Source of the DNA: Suttonella indologenes
GTDB lineage: Bacteria; Pseudomonadota; Gammaproteobacteria; Cardiobacteriales; Cardiobacteriaceae
Length of the DNA stretch: 32,000 nt
Direction: 5' to 3'
Assembly (NCBI RefSeq): GCF_900460215.1
Contig: NZ_UHIA01000003.1
Coordinates: forward strand, 494,760 to 526,759
A program made the translations under genes and the position numbers. Positions 1 through 7,926 of the stretch are shown here, one piece after another (positions within the stretch are counted from its first letter, which is position 1; each line of letters begins with the position of its first letter). The notes beneath the pieces are model-generated. The model did no database searches. It was not told the origin of the DNA and was given only the letters and a program-made list of their open reading frames with translations.

Positions 1-1
1 C

Positions 2-3000
2 AGCACACAAGGCAGCCTGAAAAATTTACACACCTTACAAGCTGGCAAACGCATTCAGATTCAAGCAAATAACCTTGATAATACAGCGCAAAGCAGCATC
101 CAATCAGGCGGTACAACAGACATCGCCGCGCAGCACAATTTAACCAACCGCGGCTTGATTGACGGACAACAAACCAAAATCCAAACTGGACAAGTACATA
201 ATCTCGGCACAGGTCGGATTTATGGCGACAATATTGCCATTACTGCCACGCGTTTAGACAATCAAGATGAAAACGGCACAGGTGCCACCATTGCTGCACG
301 AGAAAACCTGAATTTAGGCATCCGTCAATTAAATAACCGTGAAAACAGCCTGATTTACAGCGGTAATGACATGGCAATTGGCGGTGCATTGGATGCTCAA
401 GGTCAAGCCACAGGGAAAGCCCAAAGCATACACAATGCCAGCGCAACCATTGAATCAGCAGGCAAAATGCGATTAGGCGTAGCAACACTGCGCAATACCA
501 ATGAACACTTGCAAACGCAATTGGTAGAAACAGGGCGTGAGCATATTGTGGATTACGAAGCATTTGGACGACACGAATTATTGCGCGAAGGCACGCAACA
601 TGAATTAGGCTGGTTTGTTTATAACGATGAATCAGACCACTTGCGCACCCCCGATGGGGCAACACATGAAAATTGGCACAAATACGATTATGAAAAAGTA
701 ACCCAAGAAACCCAAGTTACCCAAACTGCACCTGCCAAAATCATTTCAGGCAGCGACTTAACCATTGACAGTAAAGAAGTCTTCAATACCGACAGCCAAA
801 TCATTTCAGGCGGCAATCTGCTGGTACAAACAGATAAAGACGGTTTGCACAATGAGCAAACTTTTGGCGAAAAGAAAGTCTTCAGTGAAAACGGCAAATT
901 GCACAACTACTGGCGTGCGCGTCGTAAAGGACGGGATAGAACAGGCCATAGCGTACAAAATTACACTTTACCAGAAGAAATCACCCGCAACATTTCACTG
1001 GGTTCGTTTGCCTATGAATCGCACAGCAAAGCATTAAGCCATCATGCGCCCAGCCAAGGTACAGCTCTGCCGAAAAGCAACTGGAATAATATCCGTACCG
1101 CACAAAACAACGGTATTTCGCTACCTCATTCGCCCAATCCTTTTACCCAATTGCCCAGCAGCAGTCTGTACATCATTAACCCAGCCAATAAAGGTTACCT
1201 TGTTGAAACCGACCCACGCTTTGCCAACTACCGTCAATGGTTAGGGAGCGACTACATGTTGGGTAGTCTTAAACTGGACCCCAACAACCTGCATAAACGT
1301 TTGGGTGATGGTTATTACGAGCAACGCTTAATCAATGAACAAATCACAGAGCTAACAGGACATCGTCGTTTAGATGGTTATCAAAACGACGAAGAACAAT
1401 TCAAAGCCTTAATGGATAAGGGCTTAAGCGCTGCACGTTCCATGAATCTCACGGTTGGCATTGCACTAAGTGCCGAGCAAGTCGCACAGCTAACCAGCGA
1501 CATCGTTTGGTTGGTACACAAAGAAGTTAAGCTCCCTGATGGCAGTACGCAAACCGTATTGGTGCCACAGGTTTATGTGCGTGTGAAAAATGGCGACATA
1601 GACGGTAAAGGTGCATTGCTCTCGGGCAACAATGCACAAATAGACGTTGCAGGCAACCTGAAAAACTCAGGCACGATTGCAGGGCGCAATGCGCTTATCA
1701 TCAACACCGATACACTGGACAATATCGCTGGGCATGTTCATGCACAAAAAGCAGCCATTTCTGCCACACAAGACATCAACAATATTGGCGGTAACCTTTC
1801 TGCTGAACAGGCATTATGGTTAAAAGCAGGCAACAACATCAACAGCCAAAGCACCACCGCCGGCAGTCAAAATACACAAGGCAGCAGCACCCACCTAGAC
1901 CGAATAGCAGGTATTTACATCACAGGCACAGAAAAAGGTGTTTTAGCAGCACAAGCTGGTAAGGACATCAACATCATTGCCAGTCAAATCAGCAATCAAT
2001 CAGAGCAAGGACAAACCCAGCTGCAAGCAGGGCGCAACATCAATCTGGATACCGTACAAACCGGCAAACATCAAGAAACCCATTTTGATGCTGATAACCA
2101 TGTTATTCGCGGTTCAACTAACGAAATTGGTAGCAATATTCAAACGCAAGGTGATGTTACCCTGTTAGCAGGCAACAACCTCAATGCCAAAGCTGCCCAA
2201 GTCAGCAGCGCAAACGGTACACTCGCTGTGTCTGCCAAAAATGACATCAACATCAGCGCAGGCATCAATACGACCCATGTTGATGATGCGTCCAAACACA
2301 AAGGCAGAAGTGGCGGTGGCAATAAATTGGTTATTACCGACAAAGCCCAGAGCCACAACGAAACCGCTCAAAGCAGCACTTTTGACGGCAAACAAGTTGT
2401 ATTGCAGGCAGGAAACGACGCCAACATAAAGGGCAGCAATGTCATTTCTGACAGTGGCACCCATATCCAAGCAGGCAATCATGTTCACATTGGCACAACC
2501 CTAACCCATAATCAAAGCGAAACCTATCATCAAACCAAAAAATCAGGATTGATGAGTGCAGGTATCGGCTTCACGATTGGCAGCAAGACAAACACACAAG
2601 AAAACCAATCCCAAAGCACCGAACATACAGGTAGTACCGTAGGCAGCATCAAAGGCGATACCGCCATTGTTGCAGGCAAACAATTCACCCAAATCGGCAG
2701 TACCGTTTCCAGCCCGGAAGGCAACAACACCATCCATGCCCAAAGCATAGACATTCAAGCAGCACACAACCAATTAAACAGCAATACCACCCAGACCTAT
2801 GAACAAAAAGGCTTAACGGTGGCATTCAGTTCGCCCGTTACCGATTTGGCACAACAAGCTATTGCCGTCGCACAAAGCAGCAAACAAGTCGGACAAAGCA
2901 AAAATGGTCGTGTCAATGCCATGGCAGCTGCCAATGCAGGTTGGCAAGCCTATCAAACAGGTAAGAGTGCACAAAACTTAGCCAACGAGACAACCAATGC

Positions 3001-5875
3001 CAACCAAGTCAGCATCTCCATTACCTATGGCGAGCAAAAAAACCAACAAACCACCCAAATTCAAGCAAGCCAAGCCCAAGCAAGTCAAATTCAAGCAGGC
3101 GGTAAAACCACACTCATCGCCGCAGGTGCAGCAGAACAATCCAACATCAACATAACAGGTTCAGATGTAGCGGGTAAAGCAGGTACCACCCTGATTGCCG
3201 ATAACAACATCACACTCCAATCCGCCGAACAAAGCAGCAGAGAACGCAGCAACAACAAAAGCAGCGGCTGGAATGCAGGTGTCGCCGTATCATTCGGACA
3301 AGACGGTTGGTCATTAGGCATTACCGCAGGTGGCAATGTCGGCAAAGGCTACGGCAATGGCGACAGCATCACCCACCACCATAGCCATATTGGCGACAAA
3401 GGCAGCCAAACCGTTCTCCAAAGCGGCGGCGATACCGCACTCAAAGGCGCGCAAGTCATCGGCAAAGGCGTACAAGTTCATGCCCAAAACCTAAGCATTC
3501 AAAGCGTACAAGATAGCGAAACCTATCAAAGCAAACAACAAAACGCCAGCGCACAAGTGACCGTAGGTTATGGATTCAGTGCCGGCGGCAATTACAGCCA
3601 AAGCAAAATCAACGCAAGCCACCAAAGCGTAAGCGAACAAAGCGGTATTTATGCAGGAGAAGACGGTTATCAAATCAATGTGCAGAACCACACCGATTTG
3701 AAAGGCGGTTTGATTACTTCCACCCAAAAATCGGAAGACGATGGCAAAAACCGTTTTACAACGGGTACGCTCACCTTTGAAGACTTGGCGAATAAGTCGG
3801 AATATAGCGGCAGTGGCTTTGGTATTGGCGTTTCAGGCAGCGTTAAAGGCAATGCACCTGATAATAGCCATATTATGCAAGTGTCGAATAAAACAGGCGT
3901 ATCGCACAACGGTATTGGCTATGCAAGCGATTCTGATAGCCAATCTTCCGTAACCAAATCAGGGATTAACACCGCTAATATTGTGATTACCGATACAGCC
4001 AAACAACAACAAATCACAGGCAAAACAGCGGAAGAAACGCTTAAAGCGGTTAAAACCGACATTACAACCGACAACTACGCCGAACATTCAGGCAGCCTGA
4101 AAAACAATTTCGATAAAGACAAAGTGCAATCAGAGATTGATTTGCAGGTTGAAGTAACCAAACAAGCCGCACCGATGATTGCACAAGGTGTTGCTTTTGC
4201 GTCTGATTATTTGGGTAAAGTTAAACAGTATGAAAACAAATTACTGCAAAAGGATTTGTTAGAACAAGCAATTAACCAAAGCAATGACCCAGAAGAAATT
4301 CTTCGCTTAAATCAAGCCTTAAACGAAGTGGATAGTTATTTAACGGAAAACAAAGCCCGTTATGATTTATTCAAAGAAGGCGGTTTAGACAGAGCGGGCT
4401 TACACGCTGTGGGCGGTGGTGTTTTAACGGGCGATATAAGCGGAGCGGTGGGTGCTGGGGTAACTTCGCTATCTGCTCCGATTATTGCCCAAGTTGCCGA
4501 TAATTCAGGCAGCCTGAAACCTGTTGTGGATACCGTTAGCGGTTTAGCGATTGGCTACACCACAGGCGGCACTGCTGGTGCTTTTACTGGGGCTAATGCG
4601 GATTGGAATAATCGGCAGTTGCACCCTGATGAACGGCGTTGGATTAAACAAAATGCAGAAAAATTTGCCGAACAACAAGGTATTAGCACCGAAGAAGCAA
4701 CGGAATGCTTGGCACAACAAGCGGCACGGCAAACGGACGCTTTATGGTTCTTGGCTTTATCAGGTGGTGAAGACCAAGTTGCAAGGGATTTTTTAGCAAC
4801 AGCCAATCAAACATTCAGCAACGAGAGCGGTAAGCAACAACAATTCTTTACCACGCAAGGCAAAGATTTCACAATGCCACAACGCTATGCACCTGACGCA
4901 AGAATGGACTTGGATTATTACGATAAGTATTTAATCAAAGGCGACAACAACAAAATCAACGACAGAGCCAAACAAATTGTTGCGGACAAAGCGAAATCGG
5001 CGGCGGATACGCTGATAAATGACCCGAAACAAGCGGCGAAAAACACAGGGAAATTTGCGTATAACACTGGTAAAGCGGTTGTTACTGGCACAGTGGATTG
5101 TGTTTTACACCCAATAAATTGTGCTGTTGGCGTGAAAGACGGTTTTGTAGAGAATGCAACGGCAATCGGCACAGGTGCGGCTTCGATGAAAGAAAACGAC
5201 TTGCAACGCTTGTATGGTCAAGATACTCGAACCGCACAAGGATTTATTCTTGCTGGCAATTTAACCGAAGCAGGTTTAACCGCCACAGGTGCAGGTAAAT
5301 TAGGCGGTGCGACGGTTAAAACTGCCAAGAAAGCCGTTGTTGAACAAGCCGAGAAAAAAGCCGCACAAGAAGCCGCTGAAAATGCAAGAAAAGCCAAACA
5401 GGCGGAAATCAATTTTGGCAAAGATGCTGAAATGGTAGGGCAACCTGAAATTACAACTGGTAGTAATTCGGCAGGAAAAGCGAACAATCCGCAAAGTGCG
5501 GCAACTACGCAGCCTGTGATTGGTCAGGGGGCTGTTGCTACTCGTATCAATGTTAGAAATGGGGACGGTTCAAATAGTAGTGGATTGAATTATGCTTGGA
5601 AAAATCATGGTAATGATTCGACAAGAAATAAATCAAAATTTACCATTTCAAAAGATGAAGTTATCGGTATATTAAGTGATAAAAATACCGTTAGAACTCC
5701 TGCTTATTTTGAACCAAGTTCTGGTAACTATATTCGGAATGTTGATACAGGCAGAACTATTGGTATAGATAGATACGCACAAGGTGGTCCTGCTCTGACA
5801 ACTACCTTAACTGTTATTACTGATAGTAAAGGTAATTTGGTAAATACCTATCCAGGTCGCACAAAAGTTAGATAG
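2..5875 (+). CDS. cdiA: CdiA/TpsA-family CDI exoprotein (filamentous-haemagglutinin-like), 5'-partial because the gene enters from upstream of the window; polymorphic C-terminal toxin, tentatively EndoU/BECR-like RNase
   Basis: The frame is open from base 2, with no stop before the TTG at 155 used by the ORF track. The translation has long G/N/S/T/Q-rich FHA beta-helix repeats. It has the conserved ETDPRFANYRQWLGSDYM...TSDIVWLV...LVPQVYV block typical of FhaB/CdiA/TpsA proteins. A pretoxin junction SGSLKNNFDKDKVQSEIDLQ lies at about 4087-4150, followed by a unique tail. The tail motifs NHG...NKSKF...(I/V)xTYP recall bacterial EndoU-type toxins (memory only). A tpsB/cdiB gene and immunity-like genes lie in the same island. 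Confidence 0.92.
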   Translation, partial: STQGSLKNLHTLQAGKRIQIQANNLDNTAQSSIQSGGTTDIAAQHNLTNRGLIDGQQTKIQTGQVHNLGTGRIYGDNIAITATRLDNQDENGTGATIAARENLNLGIRQLNNRENSLIYSGNDMAIGGALDAQGQATGKAQSIHNASATIESAGKMRLGVATLRNTNEHLQTQLVETGREHIVDYEAFGRHELLREGTQHELGWFVYNDESDHLRTPDGATHENWHKYDYEKVTQETQVTQTAPAKIISGSDLTIDSKEVFNTDSQIISGGNLLVQTDKDGLHNEQTFGEKKVFSENGKLHNYWRARRKGRDRTGHSVQNYTLPEEITRNISLGSFAYESHSKALSHHAPSQGTALPKSNWNNIRTAQNNGISLPHSPNPFTQLPSSSLYIINPANKGYLVETDPRFANYRQWLGSDYMLGSLKLDPNNLHKRLGDGYYEQRLINEQITELTGHRRLDGYQNDEEQFKALMDKGLSAARSMNLTVGIALSAEQVAQLTSDIVWLVHKEVKLPDGSTQTVLVPQVYVRVKNGDIDGKGALLSGNNAQIDVAGNLKNSGTIAGRNALIINTDTLDNIAGHVHAQKAAISATQDINNIGGNLSAEQALWLKAGNNINSQSTTAGSQNTQGSSTHLDRIAGIYITGTEKGVLAAQAGKDINIIASQISNQSEQGQTQLQAGRNINLDTVQTGKHQETHFDADNHVIRGSTNEIGSNIQTQGDVTLLAGNNLNAKAAQVSSANGTLAVSAKNDINISAGINTTHVDDASKHKGRSGGGNKLVITDKAQSHNETAQSSTFDGKQVVLQAGNDANIKGSNVISDSGTHIQAGNHVHIGTTLTHNQSETYHQTKKSGLMSAGIGFTIGSKTNTQENQSQSTEHTGSTVGSIKGDTAIVAGKQFTQIGSTVSSPEGNNTIHAQSIDIQAAHNQLNSNTTQTYEQKGLTVAFSSPVTDLAQQAIAVAQSSKQVGQSKNGRVNAMAAANAGWQAYQTGKSAQNLANETTNANQVSISITYGEQKNQQTTQIQASQAQASQIQAGGKTTLIAAGAAEQSNINITGSDVAGKAGTTLIADNNITLQSAEQSSRERSNNKSSGWNAGVAVSFGQDGWSLGITAGGNVGKGYGNGDSITHHHSHIGDKGSQTVLQSGGDTALKGAQVIGKGVQVHAQNLSIQSVQDSETYQSKQQNASAQVTVGYGFSAGGNYSQSKINASHQSVSEQSGIYAGEDGYQINVQNHTDLKGGLITSTQKSEDDGKNRFTTGTLTFEDLANKSEYSGSGFGIGVSGSVKGNAPDNSHIMQVSNKTGVSHNGIGYASDSDSQSSVTKSGINTANIVITDTAKQQQITGKTAEETLKAVKTDITTDNYAEHSGSLKNNFDKDKVQSEIDLQVEVTKQAAPMIAQGVAFASDYLGKVKQYENKLLQKDLLEQAINQSNDPEEILRLNQALNEVDSYLTENKARYDLFKEGGLDRAGLHAVGGGVLTGDISGAVGAGVTSLSAPIIAQVADNSGSLKPVVDTVSGLAIGYTTGGTAGAFTGANADWNNRQLHPDERRWIKQNAEKFAEQQGISTEEATECLAQQAARQTDALWFLALSGGEDQVARDFLATANQTFSNESGKQQQFFTTQGKDFTMPQRYAPDARMDLDYYDKYLIKGDNNKINDRAKQIVADKAKSAADTLINDPKQAAKNTGKFAYNTGKAVVTGTVDCVLHPINCAVGVKDGFVENATAIGTGAASMKENDLQRLYGQDTRTAQGFILAGNLTEAGLTATGAGKLGGATVKTAKKAVVEQAEKKAAQEAAENARKAKQAEINFGKDAEMVGQPEITTGSNSAGKANNPQSAATTQPVIGQGAVATRINVRNGDGSNSSGLNYAWKNHGNDSTRNKSKFTISKDEVIGILSDKNTVRTPAYFEPSSGNYIRNVDTGRTIGIDRYAQGGPALTTTLTVITDSKGNLVNTYPGRTKVR
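10..21 (+). repeat. DNA uptake sequence AGGCAGCCTGAA
   Basis: Exact 12-mer, in frame as G-S-L-K in cdiA. Confidence 0.8.
4090..4101 (+). repeat. DNA uptake sequence at the cdiA constant/variable junction
   Basis: Exact 12-mer encoding GSLK of SGSLKNNFDKDKVQSE. Confidence 0.85.
4507..4518 (+). repeat. DNA uptake sequence
   Basis: Exact 12-mer, GSLK of NSGSLKPVVD, inside the block repeated at 7361-7701. Confidence 0.8.
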
Positions 5876-5885
5876 GAGAATAACG

Positions 5886-6233
5886 GTGTCTTCGTATTCA
5901 ATAATCGTTTCTAATCCATACGGAATTTTTAATTCTGATAATGGTTCTATGCGTATAGATATTCCTTTGGATGTTTTTAAAAGGATTATGTATGATGACG
6001 AAATAGATGATGTATTACTATCTCAATTAAGTCTTGTTGATCAAGATGAATATTCAAATGACGAGTTATCAAAGATTCAAAAGGAAATTAATGAACTAAT
6101 TGAAAAACAATTAGTTACTCAAAAAGATATGCAAGAACTTTTGAATTTATTGCAATTTGCTATTGATAACAATCGTTCAGTGTTATTTACTCCTTTTAAT
6201 TGGGATCATATACCATTAGGAAAATTCAATTAA
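5886..6233 (+). CDS. cdiI: putative cognate immunity protein (CdiI) for the cdiA toxin; small acidic cytosolic protein
   Basis: GTG start lies 7 nt after a perfect AGGAG (5874-5878) that overlaps the cdiA stop. The product is 115 aa, D/E-rich, with no signal peptide. The gene is AT-rich and sits immediately 3' of the toxin, followed by a terminator. Confidence 0.65.
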   Translation: MSSYSIIVSNPYGIFNSDNGSMRIDIPLDVFKRIMYDDEIDDVLLSQLSLVDQDEYSNDELSKIQKEINELIEKQLVTQKDMQELLNLLQFAIDNNRSVLFTPFNWDHIPLGKFN

Positions 6234-6244
6234 ATTAAAAACAA

Positions 6245-6276
6245 ACAGCGAAAACCTAAAAACTTTCGCTGTTTTA
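6245..6276 (+). terminator. rho-independent terminator after cdiA-cdiI
   Basis: Stem acagcgaaa / tttcgctgt with a 10-nt loop, followed by a T-run. A one-mismatch DUS hairpin (ttcaggtagcctgaa, 6281-6295) follows. Confidence 0.6.
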
Positions 6277-6311
6277 CTCTTTCAGGTAGCCTGAAAGAGT
6301 AAAAGCAATAA

Positions 6312-7040
6312 AGACACGACTTGCAACGCTTGTATGGTCAAGATACTCGAACTGCACAAGGATTTATTCTTGCTGGCAATTTAACCGAAGGTGCTTTAAC
6401 TGCAACAGGTGCAGGTAAATTAGGCGGTGCGACGGTTAAAACTGCCAAGAAAGCCGTTGTTGAACAAGCCGAGAAAAAAGCCGCACAAGAAGCCGCTGAA
6501 AATGCAAGAAAAGCCAAACAGGCGGAAATCAATGCAGGGCTTGACGGGGAAATGGTAGGGCAACCTGAAATTACAACTGGTAGTCATTCGGCAGGAAAAG
6601 CGAACAATTCGCAAAGTGTGGCAACTACGCCGCCTGTAACTTCAAACGGTGCGGCGAATATTGCTACTGGGGCAAAATTGAACCTTGACCTGAAAACTAC
6701 ACAAGCGGCAAATGAAGTGGTGGAAAGTTTGCGAACAACTGGACAGTTGCCGAATTATTATATTACGAAACAACAAGCAATCACGAATGGTTGGTCTGGT
6801 GGCAAAGCATTAAATAACACGAACCCAGGCAAAGCAATCGGCGGTGATCTTTTTCATAATAACGAAAATATTTTACCAAATGCGGCAGGACGAGTTTGGT
6901 ATGAAGCTGATATTGGTGTTGATTATAGTCGTTCTCGTAAAAATCAATCTTCAAGAATCTTGTATTCCAATGATGGATTGTTGTATGTTACTTCTGACCA
7001 TTATCAATCCGCTCCACTTTTTATTGGTAAATGGAAATAA
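6312..7040 (+). CDS. orphan cdiA-CT cassette encoding a barnase-family (microbial guanyl-specific) ribonuclease toxin; no TPS domain or signal peptide
   Basis: Bases 6316-6638 repeat cdiA 5196-5518 (DLQRLYGQDTRTAQGFILAGNL...KAKQAEIN). The C-terminus then aligns by eye to Bacillus barnase: LPNYYITKQQA..GW, GKAIGGDLF, VWYEADI, SRILYS and TSDHYQS match barnase DNYITKSEA, GKSIGGDIF, TWREADI, DRILYS and TTDHYQT. The catalytic Glu, Arg and His positions are conserved. Confidence 0.88.
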   Translation, partial: RHDLQRLYGQDTRTAQGFILAGNLTEGALTATGAGKLGGATVKTAKKAVVEQAEKKAAQEAAENARKAKQAEINAGLDGEMVGQPEITTGSHSAGKANNSQSVATTPPVTSNGAANIATGAKLNLDLKTTQAANEVVESLRTTGQLPNYYITKQQAITNGWSGGKALNNTNPGKAIGGDLFHNNENILPNAAGRVWYEADIGVDYSRSRKNQSSRILYSNDGLLYVTSDHYQSAPLFIGKWK

Positions 7041-7345
7041 TGATGAAAATAGAAATTTTTGGTAAAGAAATTAAAGATGAAATGGATTTTCATCGTCAAT
7101 TTAATAAATATGCAGATTGTTCATTTTATGGACATAATTTAGATGCTCTGTGGGATGTTTTAACTGGTATGTTGGATATGCCAGTACATTTGATTTGGTA
7201 TGATTCTGATATATCTGCAAAAATATTAGAAAGATATAAAATGATTATTGAAATTTTTGAAAGAACACGAATTTTCTTTGAAGAAATTTGCAAAAATAAT
7301 CCACAATATCCTTCTGACAAAAAATTCACTTATGAATTGAGATGA
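7040..7345 (+). CDS. barstar-family ribonuclease inhibitor (immunity for the barnase cassette)
   Basis: YGHNLDALWDVLTGMLDMPVHLIW matches the barstar core [24 protein letters not shown]. The ATG at 7040 overlaps the toxin stop (TAATG), implying translational coupling. The ORF track start at 7031 is in the same frame. Confidence 0.88.
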   Translation: MMKIEIFGKEIKDEMDFHRQFNKYADCSFYGHNLDALWDVLTGMLDMPVHLIWYDSDISAKILERYKMIIEIFERTRIFFEEICKNNPQYPSDKKFTYELR

Positions 7346-7360
7346 AAATAGCAATTTTTG

Positions 7361-7701
7361 TTTAACGGGCGATATAAGCGGAGCAGTGGGTGCTGGGGTA
7401 ACTTCGCTATCTGCTCCGATTATTGCCCAAGTTGCCGATAATTCAGGCAGCCTGAAACCTGTTGTGGATACCGTTAGCGGTTTAGCGATTGGCTACACCA
7501 CAGGCGGCACTGCTGGTGCTTTTACTGGGGCTAATGCGGATTGGAATAATCGGCAGTTGCACCCTGATGAACGGCGTTGGATTAAACAAAATGCAGAAAA
7601 ATTTGCCGAACAACAAGGTATTAGCACCGAAGAAGCAACGGAACGCTTGGCACAACAAGCGGCACGGCAAACGGACGCTTTATGGTTCTTGGCTTTATCA
7701 G
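7361..7701 (+). pseudogene. orphan cdiA fragment (pretoxin segment only), cut off by a REP element
   Basis: Nearly identical to cdiA 4424-4763 (LTGDISGAVGAGVTSLSAP...ANADWNNRQLHPDERRW...ALWFLALS). Homology stops exactly at the REP copy starting at 7701. No toxin or immunity gene follows. Confidence 0.85.
7445..7456 (+). repeat. DNA uptake sequence
   Basis: Exact 12-mer in the orphan fragment; a copy of 4507-4518. Confidence 0.8.
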
Positions 7702-7890
7702 CAAGGTAGGGTGGGCAACTTGTTGCCCACGCGTTTAATCAATTTCAGGCAGCCTGAAATCAGTTTATTGGGTTTGTCAATAAACTATTTTATGTGGCGA
7801 AAATTTATCCAAGTTGGTTAAGGAAAACAACAATGCACTTAAAACCCAAATTAAAACGCGTGGGCAACAAGTTGCCCACCCTACGCTTGC
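7701..7890. repeat. NIME/MITE-like unit: two inverted 33-34-bp REP copies (7701-7733 and 7857-7890) flanking a DUS and a small hairpin
   Basis: Left end is gcaaggtagggtgggcaacttgttgcccacgcg. Right end is cgcgtgggcaacaagttgcccaccctacgcttgc, its reverse complement apart from one extra base. Each copy contains the 9-bp stem GTGGGCAAC/GTTGCCCAC. An internal DUS lies at 7747-7758 and the hairpin agtttattg/caataaact at about 7762-7786. Confidence 0.8.
7747..7758 (+). repeat. DNA uptake sequence inside the REP-flanked unit
   Basis: Exact 12-mer within tttcaggcagcctgaaa (7-bp self-complementary stem). Confidence 0.8.
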
Positions 7891-7926
7891 TTTGCCAACT
7901 ACCGTCAATGGTTAGGGAGCGACTAC

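Noticed and set aside
240-5494. Many 60-140-aa ORFs on the antisense strand or in other frames inside cdiA (for example 240-665, 2165-2488, 3091-3345, 5218-5487).
   Set aside because: They are embedded in a continuous >1,900-codon ORF with clear FhaB/CdiA family features. Their translations are low-complexity with no RBS. The biased repeat composition keeps alternative frames open.
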